A stretch of 64,000 nt of DNA from Octopus sinensis (lineage: Eukaryota), in contig NC_043008.1 in assembly GCF_006345805.1 (NCBI RefSeq), positions 30,380,001-30,444,000 on the forward strand. Reading direction: 5' to 3'. How positions within the stretch are numbered: position 1 is the first letter of the stretch; the number at the start of each line of letters is the position of its first letter. The translations under genes and the position numbers were made by a program. Below, piece by piece: positions 40,051 to 53,527 of the stretch. The notes under the pieces are model-generated. The model was not told the DNA's origin, ran no database searches, and saw only the letters and a list, made by a program, of their open reading frames with translations.

Positions 40051-41277
40051 CCAATAAGGTATATGTTTGTGCATGCGTGTTTGTCTGTTTGCATGTGTGT
40101 GTATGTATATATCTAAGTATGTATTTATGTATGTATATATGTATGCATTTATATAAGTATGTATGCATGTATACGCATTTATGTATGCATTTGTGCCAAT
40201 ATAGATAGATTCATAGATATAGATACGAATATTCAAGTCCTTGTGTATACATAATCGTATATCTATAATTGTATATTGTATATGTGTGTTATAAATTGAT
40301 TGCTTTAAATACATACGCTTTAATTATACCTACAAGCGCACATAGCCATAAATATGTTTATAACAAATATAATTTTCCTAAACATTATTTAGATATCAAT
40401 GACAAAATCAGCCTACGTTTAACAATGAGTTAGTTTAATTTAAAGAAACTGCGCTGTGTATGAAAGCATAATAATTGTCTAATGATGTTTACATTTGAAT
40501 ATCCGGGAAATTAGTGTGTATCGACTTCATCTGTAGATTAGGCGATATTATGTACAAATATGGATAATGTAACAAAATTTATGATGGATGGATGAATGCA
40601 ATACCGCATGGATATGATATATGAGGAGATGTATGGATAGATGTTGGGTACAATCCCAGTGTGAAATATAGGAAATACATAAAATACACGAACTCACACA
40701 CTACACAAACAGGTATGGCCAAATACGTACAAGCTCACACACACGTGCACGCGCGTGTGTGTGCGTGCGTGTGTGCGTGTGTTACACAGAGAATACAGAA
40801 CGTTTATCCTAATTGAATTTTCGAAATAAAACATAGCCTTATCAAACAGATGAGTGTATTTATATAAAATATGATCATATTTTTTCTTAATCCTCACTGG
40901 AGTTCAGCCACTGCAGCACTGATATTCGCACGGTGGACAGTAGTCTGTTCAAGACGCAAAAGCATTCAACTTGTTTTGAGCACTTTTCTGTTACGCAGTT
41001 ATCCTGTAATGATGATATCTCAGCTTCTGTCTCTCATTCTGTCCAAGGCACTGCTAGACTGTCCTTTTCTCTCTCTTCCCCTCTCTTTCTCTGTCTCTCT
41101 ATCCCCTCCACTCCTCCTACATGTATCTCTCACTGCGTCTTGTCACATTATATTTCGCATGCACACACATACATTCACACAAACACAGACGCAAACACAC
41201 ACACATAATTATATACATGGCTGTATCATCTTTCTATTAGTACTATGTTAAGTATTTACACGATATATATATATTTA

Positions 41278-41364
<87 letters not shown>

Positions 41365-41368
<4 letters not shown>

Positions 41369-41882
41369 GAGAGGTATTGGTGTCAATAAGACCCAAAGGT
41401 GTCAGGTAATGCTGCGTAAGTGCTATGGAGAAACAATAGCTAAACTCCAGGTTCGATGATTATGCGAATAAGGAGTCCAACGTAGGTCATATATCAGCAT
41501 GTGTATATCTATATATACACCTTCACATATATTTTCTTCTACTACTAATCACTGACCTGTCCTAGCAACCTAATCTATATTCCCAAATACTTCATTCCAC
41601 CATATTACTAGCCCTTCCCCCTCTCTGGCCCATCACTTAGGCTCTATCACTACATACCTGACACGCCTTTTCTTTTTACACTATTATAGCTCTCTCTCAA
41701 GCTCTCTATTACCCCATCCCTTCTATATAATACACCTTTACTCTTTACCCTATCATCTTTTTACACGTTCATATCTTTCTCTATCACCCTTACCTCCACG
41801 TTCCTACTATCAATTTTTCTTGACTGACTACTAACTGGTACATTTTCCTTCTTTTCATCTCTTTATTATCTCCATTCTTGCC

Positions 41883-41914
<32 letters not shown>

Positions 41915-42275
41915 CCTTTCTTCCTGTTTTCGATTTGACCTACTTTTAGGTCACTTTAAAAAAACCCTCTATTCAATAGCCCTGTGTACAATCTCTATAC
42001 TTGGAATGACCAATTTTAAATACTATTTGAATTGACTCACAAAGTAGTGGAATCTCATATGTATACCATTCTGCCTAAATAATGGATCTACAAATGCAAT
42101 ATCCCTGCATATCTCACATCTAGTTTCATTCCTCACCTTCACTTTCTATTTCTTATCTAAATTAACTATTGCTTAACCAAGTAAATAACCCAGAAACAGC
42201 AGTAAGACCTTCTATTTATAAATGTTCTAAAATGTTCACAGCCCAGGTTTTTTATCTCATTCTGGAAAAAAATTA
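41365..42275 (+). mobile_element. Probable decayed non-coding PLE 3' region
   Basis: Lies between (TA)n(GA)n and (TA)n; pyrimidine-rich interior like 26390-26570; GAAAC-AGCA-GTA (42193-42204) resembles a hammerhead 3' half. Confidence 0.4.
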
Positions 42276-42368
42276 TATATATATATAATACAAAATGGGA
42301 CAAGAACGCAAAACATCCAGATAGACGATACAGAGAAAACAAGGAATGGTCAATCGGTGTCTATATAT

Positions 42369-42402
<34 letters not shown>

Positions 42403-42421
42403 ATATATATATATATATATA

Positions 42422-42478
<57 letters not shown>

Positions 42479-42523
42479 TATATATATATTATATATATAT
42501 GTATGTATATATAGACAAATATA

Positions 42524-42750
42524 TATTTCTTTACTGCTCACAAGGGGCTAAACATAAGGGGACAAAGAAAGACAGACGAAGGGATTGAGTCGATTATATC
42601 GCCCCCAGTGCGAAACTGGTATTTTATTTATCGACCCCGAAAGGATGAAAGGCAAAGTTGACCTCGGCGGAATTTGAACTCAGAACGTAACGACAGACGA
42701 AATACTGCTAAGCATTTCGCCCGGCGCACTAATGTGTCTGCCAGCTCGTC
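42524..42750 (-). mobile_element. Family-A SINE (long-tail subfamily) with 10-bp TSD
   Basis: Full length; GACAAATATA at 42514-42523 and 42751-42760. Confidence 0.92.
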
Positions 42751-42803
42751 GACAAATATACAAGAAAGACAAGTACATAACGTAGAAGAATGAAAGCGAA
42801 ATA

Positions 42804-43582
42804 CGAGGTAGGTAGATAGATAGAGACGGAGAGAGAGAGACAGAGAAAATATAGAGATATATTTTGGAGTCTATATCACATAGACACCCGCAATGACAAG
42901 AATATTTTAATTGACAAATACGAAACAGTCACCGACTCATTCATTTCGTGTTGGTTTTTTTTTCCATTGTGTATTCAAGATTCATATACATTGAATATAA
43001 GTGGAGCCACTGTCTCTTAAGACAAAATGCATCGCAGTAGGTCGATCAAGATGGTTTCCAACGCTTGCAATTATATAGTATGTGGCTGAATTTTCCGCAG
43101 TGAATTTTTCCTATAACATTACTCTCAGGCAGAGTTAGTATGACATAGTGTCTGATAGAGCAGATCGTTTGAATTAGAAAAAACTATATCTTCTTTGATC
43201 CACTGCAAAGTTTCTCTCGTAAGAATTATATATCGTTGTCGGCTGTCAGTCGTAGGTCGACGCTGTTGGGACAAGAACGCAAAACATCCAGATAGACGAT
43301 ACAGAGAAAACAAGGAATGGTCAATCGGTGTCTATATATGATTTGATTTTGATTTTATTTTGATTTTTCCAGTTTCAGCTAATAAATGTATATAGGTATG
43401 TATGTATGTTTCTAAGTATGTATATATGAATGGTTTCGTATATATCCAAATATAGCGAGATACGTATGTATGTATATGATACGTCTACTTGTATATGATA
43501 CGCTATCTTTTCTCGGCATCCTGAAAATGAATATACTCAGATTCTAACGAATCGTACAGCTGATTAGAATACATATTACATA

Positions 43583-43667
<85 letters not shown>

Positions 43668-44146
43668 ATAAACACAAATATCGAGGTAGGTAGATAAATA
43701 GAGACGGAGAGAGAGAGACAGAGAAAATATAGAGATATATTTTGGAGTCTATATCACATAGACACCCGCAGTGACAAGAATATTTTAATTGACAAATACG
43801 AAACAGTCACCGACTCATTAATTTCGTATTGGTTTTTTTTTCCATTGTGTATTCAAGATTCATATACATTGAATATAAGTGGAGCCACTGTCTCTTAAGA
43901 CAAAATGCATCGCAGTAGGTCGATCAAGATGGTTTCCAACGCTTGCAATTATATAGTATGTGGCTGAATATTCCGCAGTGAATTTTTCCTATAACATTAC
44001 TCTCAATCAGAGTTAGTATGACATAGTGTCTAATAGAGTAGATCGTTTGAATTAGAAGAAATTATATCTTCTTTGATCCACTGTAAAGTTTCTCACGTAA
44101 GAATTATATATCGTTGTCGGCTGTCAGTCGTAGGTCGACGCTGTTG
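42804..44146. repeat. 465-bp direct duplication (42804-43268 and 43682-44146)
   Basis: Same length and near-identical, with about a dozen substitutions; a ~72-bp segment 42296-42368 is also repeated at 43267-43338. Confidence 0.93.
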
Positions 44147-45002
44147 TAAACCGAACGATGAGTTAGGCAGTTAGGTTCGTCCTCCATTAGATTGCTTCAC
44201 TGGGCCGCCACTTCAAATACCAATCGGTGTGCAAGAATGTAACGAGCATGGTCGCTGATGAGTCTGCCTTGCAACTCTCTTTCTAGTTAACGGCCCATCG
44301 ATGTCTGATGATACAAATATTAAGCTTGCCTGCAATAACAAACGGTACGGTAGGGCACCCACATCAGAAGAAGTTCACAAAAAGAGAGTAAGCCACCACT
44401 TCGGCCTGGAAGCTGGGGTTGCACTGTGGACAATCGCGTAGCCTTCCATGCCAGGGACATGGTGATGATTTCGGCTACAGGACATAGGAAAACACACAAG
44501 TGGGAGAATTAGGTCTCGTTTACTATTTATCTATCTATCTAACTATCGATATATCTATCTGTCTATATGTATATATATATATATCCCTTTCTCTCTCCCT
44601 CTCTCCATCCCTCTCACTCTCTCTTTCCGTACATATATACATATATATCCCTTCCTCTCTCCCTCCCTCTCACTCTCTGTTTGCCTATCTATATGCATAT
44701 TTAGATATATGTGTGTGTGCGTGTATGTGTGTTTGCGTCTGTGTGTGTGTGTGTGTGTGTGTCTGTGTGTGTGTGTCGTTGCTATTATGTGATAGTGTCA
44801 TCAGTCCAAAACGTTGCTTTTTCGGAAAACGAAACATAGCAAAACCGTTGTACGACACGTTGACAATTTTTGGTATATTGGCATCTGAACCAGCTGGAGA
44901 TGCGATAGTTTGAGCAAAAGAACCGGTTATTGCAAAAAAAAAATATGCATTTGGGCGAATTTGGATATACGACATTTTAAGATAATAGCAACGATATCTA
45001 TC

Positions 45003-45036
<34 letters not shown>

Positions 45037-46006
45037 ATATGATCTCAGGGTGTCTGTTTATATACGAGGGGTGTATGTGTGTGTGCCTGTTTCTGTGAGT
45101 GTGTGGGCATTTGTGCGTATAGACAGATGGATACATAGATGCTCATTCAAGATCATTTTATAAGAAATCATGTATAAATCTTTAAAAAGAAAATGCCTAC
45201 ATCTTTCGGCATGTAATAGATTCTGATGACAAGACCACATGAAAGCGAATATGGAAACATCCATACATGAATCTTCGAAGAAAAATTTGTATAGGAAATA
45301 CGAATCAATGGAATATAATAATATATGAATTGACAGCATAGATATTACCTATTTTTTGAGACACAACATATATTTCTAGAACCAAAGAGTTATGACGTTG
45401 TTACTTTCACTTGCTTTTTCAGATATTCATTTCTGAAACTCTCTATAAATGATCAGTAGTAGTAGCAAGGAAAATCAATATGTTATAATTTATTACAAGC
45501 ATTTAGTAGTCGCTCGACATTGACACCTGTAGATACTGTAGTAGCTTTTATGACTCAGAAGAAAGACTCTACGTTATCATTCGACCCGCTCGTAATAGAA
45601 ACAAATCAGCCTCTTACAACAATCTACAATTTTATATGATATAGTCAAATGCGGAGGGGTAGCATTAATACTCTTTTTACAGTGAAAGGTGACAGGAAAG
45701 GGAACAGTTATCCCCAGATCAGACAGCTTGCTCAAATATCTTCCAACAGAGTGAAATGCTAATGGTAAAACGTGTGACGCGCTGAGTCTAGCATTTCAAG
45801 AAATGACGCATTGTAATACAGTTCTATATTCAAGAGATGAGGAATTATGTACATTATTTACATTATTTACATTTGACGGATATTTGTTGTTAACACCCTC
45901 CAGCCTTCATCGGGTGTCTTGGGAAAATTTCGAACGTGGGTTCTCATTCCTAAGGTATTTTTCGATATTATTATTATTATTAATATTATTATTATTATTA
46001 TTATTA

Positions 46007-46087
<81 letters not shown>

Positions 46088-46322
46088 TCACTGCCTGCAA
46101 TCGAACTTAACCACTACGCCATATACCCGTGGGCAATTATGGAGTGAATTTTTAGGGCTTATAAATCTAATATTTTCCCTTCCTTCCTTAATACTGTTTC
46201 CCATATACTATTCATATCTGCAATCAATCTGCTTAGGCGGTTGTTGATCCAACTATATGTGCTGCTTCTTTTGGTTTTCGTATTTTCCAGTGGTGTTATC
46301 TGTCTATTGTTTTAAATCCATC

Positions 46323-46661
46323 CTACTGGGGGAGGTGGTCTCCATTTTTCCATATATGATCAGCTATACCTGATTTATCAATATCTCCTCGTGTCACGGC
46401 TTTACGATATTCCTCTATCCTTATTTTGAGGATGTGGCATGTATCGCCTTTGTATAACCTACCACAGTTGCATGGGATGGGGTACACGCAGTTTTTGGTC
46501 ATATTCTGTTCTATTGGTGGGTTTGCCCGAAGGAGATATTTGCGATGTGTTGTATTACTCTTGAATACTGTCCTGATGTCATATGGAGTGCATATATTTT
46601 GTATCTTTTCGGGGAAGCCTTTCACATCGAGTAGACAGACTAGACAGTTTACTTGTTTCAT
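46323..46661 (-). pseudogene. PLE GIY-YIG endonuclease fragment
   Basis: NCVYPIPCNCGRLYKGDTCHILKIRIEEYRKAV..KSGIADHIW matches the PLE pattern VVY.IPC.CG..YIGET.R.L..R..EH..S.IA.H. Confidence 0.88.
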
Positions 46662-47298
46662 CCTCTCTTTTCTTCATAATTGGAGTAAAGATTATAAGCA
46701 GCGATCGTGATACCCACCACGAAGAAATGAACAAGCTCAGTAACCATGCATTAAGCAAAAACTACCCCCAAAAACATACTATTTACTCCAATTATGAAGA
46801 AAAGAGAGGATGAAATCAATAAACTCTTTACAGTCTGTCTACTCTATCCGAAAAGATACAAAAGATATGCAGCTCATATGACATCAGGACAGTATTCAAG
46901 AGTAGTACAACACTTCTCAAATATCTCCGTCGGGTAAAACCATCCCATGCAGCTGTGGAAAGTTATACAAAGGCGATATATGCCGCACCCTCAAAATAAT
47001 GGTAGAAGAATATCGCAAAGCTGTGACACGAGGAGATATTGATAAATCGGGTATAGCTGATCATATATAGAAAAATTGAGACCACCTCCTCCTGTGGGAT
47101 GAAATTAAAATAATAGACAGAGAACACCACAGGAAAATACGTAAACTAAAAGAAACAGCACATATGATAGGACGCAACAACCTCCTAAGCTGACCGAGTG
47201 CAGATATGAATAGCATTAGGGAACCGATATTAAGGAAGGATAGGAAATATTAGATTTATAAGTCCTTAAAATTCACTCATAATTGCTCACGAGCAAAA

Positions 47299-47356
47299 GG
47301 CGTAGTGGTTAAGAGCGCGGGCTACTAACCCTAAGATTCCAAGTCCGATTCCAGGT
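47299..47356 (+). other. tRNA-like segment inside the PLE pseudo-LTR
   Basis: GGCGTAGTGGTTAAGAGCGCGGGCTACTAACCC..AAGTCCGATTCC has an A box, an anticodon-like arm (GGG-CTACTAA-CCC) and a degenerate B box; an internally deleted copy lies on the minus arm (~46095-46120). Confidence 0.7.
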
Positions 47357-47411
47357 ATTAACCTGAGTAATAATAACAACTTCAAAAGTACCTTAGGAAT
47401 GAGAACCCAAC

Positions 47412-47455
47412 ACACCTGAAGAAGGCTGGAGGGTATATCAGCCGAAACGTTGTGT
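47412..47455 (+). ncRNA. Minimal type I hammerhead ribozyme of the PLE pseudo-LTR
   Basis: ACAC-CTGAAGA-A-GGCTG(loop)CAGCC-GAAAC-GTT-GTGT; palindromic AACGTT replaces stem III. Confidence 0.75.
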
Positions 47456-47841
47456 TAACAACAAACAAGATGGGAACAAATATCCGTCAAATGTAAATAA
47501 TGACACATTGTATAATATATTCCAAAATAGAGAAAATTGTCACTCTGGAACACACCTGATCATATGTCTGCTCGGTTAGTGTTGATCCCAGATCAAAGAA
47601 TAACAACTGGATCATTTTTCAAGTCGAAAGAAGTTTTACATATTTCTTTAGCTTCTCAAAATATCACTAGCAACATTGAGATCAGCGTTAGAAGCCAAAA
47701 TTTAAACGCATGCTTTAATGTATGTCTTTTCGTTATAATAAAATTTCAACAATGTTAATCCTACTTTCCAGTTCCTACTAAATTTGAACATTGAAAACTG
47801 AAATTCAAACGTTCATTTATCTTTATTACTAAGATTTTTAA

Positions 47842-48050
47842 GGCGGCGAGGTGGCAGAAACGTTAGCGCGCCGGGAGAAATGCTTAGCGATATTACGTCT
47901 GTTTTTGCGTGCTGAGTTCAAATTCAGCCGAGGTTGACTTTGGCTTTCATCCTTTCAGGGTCGATAAATTAATTGCCAGTTGCTTACTGGATCGATCTAG
48001 GCCCTCTCTCCAAATATTTCGGGCCTGGTGCCTAGAGTAGAAAGGAATAT
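47842..48050 (+). mobile_element. Family-A SINE (short-tail subfamily)
   Basis: Full head GGCGGCGAGGTGGCAGAAACGTTAGC through tail GTGCCTAGAGTAGAAAGGAAT. Confidence 0.9.
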
Positions 48051-49405
48051 TAAAAAAAATTTTATATTTTCACCTTTCTTAGTTATTGGACTACAGCCAT
48101 TTTCGTGCTTAACATTGAGGGGAAATGTCTAGTAAAGCAGCTGTTCTACAGGGAAATATACCGTTTGTCACGGGAAACAGTAATAAGAAAATGTGAGAAT
48201 TTGATACAAAAAAAACATAGAACTTGAGCGCAGTCTTATATTTAATCAATCACACACAAACGTGCACCGATTCCTCTGCCCAATTCAATTAGAAGTCATT
48301 GGTCAACTGAATTGTTGTGCAAGATGTTTGACTAAGGTGCCCTGCAGAGAAACATAAGGCGAAGCTGCATGGTTGGGAAACGTACTACTCAAGTACATAG
48401 CCACTGTTATACCCCATGCAGTTTCTTTCCTTTGAATCAATAATTTTGTGATAAGTTATTGGCATACTAAGAATGAGGCCTAGCTTTATCTAGCACTTCA
48501 TACCAGAACATACTTTGTCCTTTACGAAAAAATAAAAAGCTGTAGATATATTTCCTCACTCTCATGTACTTGATAATTCAATCCACCTTTGATGTTGTAT
48601 TTGATAGCGAAAAACAAAAACAACAAAAGTTCTGAAGCATTTCATACAGTTTACATTCAATAGTTCTTACTTTATATTATAAATATAAACTAAAATATTT
48701 AGTGCTTTATGGAAGAATGGATGCAGACACCGGTCATAGTTATTTTAAAATTTGTAACTGTCAGGTGTAGCCTCTCTTTTAAACTGTATAGCTGAAAATA
48801 TCACAGATATGGTAAATTTATATGAATCGGCTATACACCAATTCATTTCTTTGGGAGGAAGCAATATATAATGAAATTGATACGGATAAATTTATATGAA
48901 TTGATTATATACCAATTTGAGATAGAAAAGAGCCGGATCTATTGATTGCCAGGTTACTGGTCGGTTTGCTATTTGGACATTAGAATATATAGAGTATTAT
49001 ATTTAATATTTATACATGGAGCGTAACCTGTCTTGCTGCTGTAAATCACTAACGAAATATCTTGTGAAGATAAATGTAACACAGGATAAATAGCAGAAAA
49101 ATAGATTTATTTTGTATGTCTAAACTTTGAACAGCAGCCTCGATGTAGATTTCGAATGAGCGAATCCTTGGACGACGACAGTATCATGTAAAGAAGTATT
49201 CAAGTCGATACAAATCAGATATCTCAAACGAATACATTCGCAAAACTCGGAGTCTTTTCTGAGCTTCTCGGATAATAATCTATTTTTCGTAGATATATAT
49301 TAGTAAAATATATTCAGTTATGTACATACACTGCATCTTTCCCCGTTTCTTTTTCTTTCTCTTCCCCTCTATCTCATGCACGTACACATACAGACACACA
49401 GATGC

Positions 49406-49438
<33 letters not shown>

Positions 49439-49729
49439 CATACATACATACATACACACGTGTGTGTGCATATGTATGTGTTAGTTTATTGCTGTTGCCT
49501 TCATTCATAATGTTCCTCTGGATCAAGTGCAACACGTTCAAGAGGGTCTTTCTCTCTACTCTTTTTCTTCTTGTCTCTCCTTCTCACATTCTCTCTCCCA
49601 GTCACTTTCACCCCTCACCTTCTCCATTGCCGAAGCACGTAAAGATTCAATGACATCTTGATGCATGCTGCCAAGTCATCCTCGATTCCTTGAGACGGTC
49701 ATAGTTTTAGTAATAATTCACAAGTGTAA

Positions 49730-49930
49730 GGCGGCGAGCTGGCAGCAACGTTATCACGCCGAGCGAAATGCTTAGCAGTATTTCGTCTGCTGCTACGTTC
49801 TGAGTTCGAATTCCGCCGAAGTCGACTTTGCCCTTCATCCTTTCGGGGTTGATAAATTAAGTACCAGTTGCGTACTGGGGTCAGTCTAATCGACCGGCTC
49901 CCTCCCTTGTGCCTAGAGTACAAAAGAATA
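49730..49930 (+). mobile_element. Family-A SINE (short-tail subfamily)
   Basis: GGCGGCGAGCTGGCAGC..GAGTTCGAATTCCGCCGA..CTTGTGCCTAGAGTA. Confidence 0.9.
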
Positions 49931-52900
49931 ATTCGTAGTGTCTAAATATATCATTTTACTACTGCTGTTCAGATATGCATGTATATACTCATATTTGTAT
50001 GTGCATATGGATGGGTGTGCTTACATGAGTGTGTCTGTGTAAGTGCGTATCAGTATACATCAAAATTGAAAAGCGCAATTATTGATAAAAAAGATATAAT
50101 ACTCAAAACATATGACATTAGTCTTTGCATAGAATTTTGTTAGGCTCATATGGACAAGAGACTGTAAGTGACAGTCCATCGATCGACTCTCAGAACTTAT
50201 TTCCTAAGTTCACCTGGATGTGTAAATTACTGTGTTACATACCCAAAATAACTGAGAAGTATTTCTATAATAGAGAGCAAATTCTGCATTACTACATTTC
50301 ATGTGCGGTTATGAGTTTGTATATGTGCGATGACTCAGTATGACCAAATGACTGACAAGTTACCTCCGAATCACAACTTCTCGGTTTCGATGCCCTCTTG
50401 TGGATTCTCAGACAAATGTTTTTCTTTTTTTTGTTGTATAACTTCGCGTTGATCAATAATTTTTGAATAAAATTGAATACACAGAAATGTGGGAAAGACC
50501 TTCCGATCTTCCGATGGAATTTATTCGGAACTAAAAACTATAAGGGCGTGAAAGTTCTGTTACTCTGAGCCAAATTGATTCCAACTGCAGACTATGTTGA
50601 GGATACACGTGTCTGTTGAACATAAATGATAAAACAAAATTAATTGAATAAGCCTGGTAGTAGAGTGGCCAATCAAGTGTAAACTCATAGTCGGAAATTC
50701 TGACCGACGTCCATAGAAAATATTTTGATATTTTATAGTTTCACTCAGACTTTCTCAGGAAATATACTACAGAAGAAGCCTCAGCTTTTTTACGCGAATC
50801 ATATTGACCTCTGTACTTATTTTACTTCTTTCTCTTCATCGCATGGCTAAGTTACTTTTTGACATTATTTCAATGCAAACCCTCAAATTGGTTTGTGCAA
50901 GAATACATAATCCTAATCATATTCCCGTACAATCACCCTTCCCTCCCCATATAAACACACAAGCGCGCACACATATACACTCCTGTAATGATTTATTAAT
51001 TTTTTAAGTAGATTTTGTTGTCATGCATTTGCACACTTCTCTGATATTTTTTTTCGTGAAAATATGATTTTCTATGGGTGTTCCGAGGGTAAGTGAAAGC
51101 CTTCAATACACTTGGGGCAGCTGTGCTAGAATTGACTGCTTAAAGTTTCATATTTTTACACAAACAGCTCATTAAAACTGCATGGTCTTCAAACAAATTA
51201 AAATACATACAAATTTGAGCATAATAGAACCACCCTGAAATTTCGTCCATTGTTAACAAAATATAAACCAAAGTCTACTTTAAACATTTAGATACATATT
51301 ACAAGCTATAAAAAATGAGCTGCGTATTCATAAAGAGGATGGTTAATTCATCAGATGATGTCTTTTCTCAAGAAATTCAGAGTAACATTCTGTTATACGA
51401 CACTATGTTTCAAGCTTTTGATACATATATACACACTTCTCTGTTATCACTTGTTAGTCCCTTTTTTCAGGACAACTTACTTCAGAGCTTTTATCCCCCA
51501 TCTATATCTATCTCTCATTACTCACACACATAACTACAATTAATTGTATACTTATTATGGGTTAATCAGATTATTTCAGAAAAAGTCATTCTTTTGCTCG
51601 TTTTAATTTTGTATTTTTTTTTTATTTTGATTTATACTTTTTGAAAATATATTACAATTTGAAAGATTCTTTTCAATGTTTTTCTATGATTTTCAAGATT
51701 TATTAGATATGAGATATTAAACAAGAAATAAAATACGAAGTAGCTTAAACATCAGAGACACTTCAATAGTATTGAATCAGCTGAGTAAGATATCGTTATT
51801 ATGTAGATGAATATTTCATAAGTATCGATAGCTGAACACTGTACTAACGATAGTAGCAATATTTTTAAATCAGTGTTTCCTATATAAACAAGACTACATT
51901 ATCATATAACGTACACGAGTATACAACACATAATGTATATATGAATGCATATATCAATGTATATATCTATATATATATATATCTATACACACACACACAC
52001 ACACTCACATATATATATATACACACACATATAAATTTACATATATGTATGTATGTGTGTGTATATCTGTACGTACGTAAAACCATAAAAATATATGTTC
52101 AAACACTTATGGTTATTGTGTATAAGCGTAAGAGAATGAGTTATACGTAGTGAAAGTTAAAGAAAATTTCTCTTTATAGATGTCTGCATGTGTCCGTGCG
52201 AGTGTACGAGGTTATACGTACAGGCAAAATGTAGATTTCTTGTGAGAATTGAATTGCAATTATGAATTTTCAAATTTATTTCGTTCAATTTTTTTATTCA
52301 ATAGAACCCTCAAATGAGTATAGAGAAATATTTGATAAATTATGATCATTTTCTGAAAAGAGAAAATCGACAAGTTTATATTGATAAGATATCAATGCAG
52401 TCAGAAACATTTATATACGTGTGCTTGTGAGTGTGTGCGTGTATGCGTGTGTGTGTCCAGACACGTATATATATATATATACACACATAGGTACACATAC
52501 ATACGCACATCCATATATATATATACTTATTTATACCTGCATATATACATTAAATGAGTCACATATCTGAATACCAAAGACAACTGTTCGTTTGTTCATT
52601 ATTGAGTTTTTTGTTGTTTTTGTTTTTTACACGCGGCCTAATGTTGTATAGAAAGCTAAACGGCTATAACATATTTATGCTCTTAAATGCTGAAAGAAGT
52701 ACCAGTAATACACAATACAGATCCTGTTAACACAATCACATTTCGTTCTAAAAGTTGAGGTTGTACTTACAAAAACAGCATTAAAATTTACAGCATTGAA
52801 TATAATTTTCTTGTGTTTTCTTCGACTTCGCATAGAAAACCTAGTTCACTATGGTTGCAGAGAAATAAGATATTGTAACATTAGGCAATTCCCTAAAACA

Positions 52901-53264
52901 ATAATAATGTATAATTGACATCCACCAAGCAGTCAATGGCAGAAATTGCACCAGACAAACGCTAATTCCGTATTCCTTGCATGTACTACTAGTTCTTCAG
53001 CTGTATGTCTTGAACTGATCGTCAGATATTTTTCATTATTTATGAACCGGAAATGATATACCTCTAGGAAATGTTCTATCACTGTGAAATTGTTATAGAT
53101 ACAATGAGTACTTCTTGTGAGAAGCATTATAGATTAAGAATATAGCTCCATATTGATCAAATGAATAGCACACGTTTTTCTCCTTATGAGAAGCATTATA
53201 GATTAAGAATTCAGCTCCAGGTCGATTAACCGAATACTACACATGTCTTAATTGATCATTTCTA

Positions 53265-53385
53265 CAATTGGTACAAGGCCAGAAGTTTTAGAGCAGGAGT
53301 AGTCAGTTATATCAGCCAAGTGATTAACTGGTACTTATGTCATCGACCGCGAAAGGATGAAATAAAAAGCTGGCCTTGGTGGAAG
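53265..53385 (-). mobile_element. Family-A SINE 3' fragment
   Basis: CTGGTACTTA..ATCGACCGCGAAAGGATGAAA core on the minus strand. Confidence 0.65.
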
Positions 53386-53527
53386 AACATATGTCTATAA
53401 CTGTCTAGATAGACAGACAGACGGACGGACAGAGTAAGGGGTAGATCGATAAACAATGAAATGTATCTGCTTGTCCACATATGTAAGTGCATATATGTAT
53501 GTCTCTTCTATTTTTTAATTATTATAA

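Larger units (their letters stand above)
45816..47498. mobile_element. Penelope-like element: plus-strand 3' part preceded by an inverted 5'-truncated copy, with 14-bp TSD
   Basis: Minus arm ~45816-46680 and plus arm ~46681-47498 are homologous (GIY-YIG region, UTR, tRNA-like segment, hammerhead region); AATGAC(G/A)CATTGTA at 45802-45815 and 47499-47512. Confidence 0.9.

Noticed and set aside
44287-44344. Possible next exon (CTCTCTTTCTAG acceptor, phase-compatible, NGPSMSDDTNIKLACN)
   Set aside because: IKLAC resembles an Ig B-strand, but there is no following Trp or second Cys, the donor is weak and the frame stops after ~50 codons.
10590-45040. Recurrent TT/AA phase shifts in the middle of long (TA)n runs
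   Set aside because: Consistent with slippage or consensus/gap-closing errors in TA repeats; cannot be interpreted without reads.
44256-45260. Other CTGATGA hits (44256, 44305, 45224)
   Set aside because: No stem II plus GAAA plus NUH with matching stem I.
47299-47356. Functional tRNA gene
   Set aside because: No acceptor stem, degenerate T-loop, and embedded in a PLE; all other tRNA-like sequences here are SINE heads.
53118-53219. 33-bp direct repeats at 69-bp period (CRISPR-like spacing)
   Set aside because: Only two copies, the spacers are partly similar, the context is eukaryotic and there are no cas genes; an ordinary tandem duplication.
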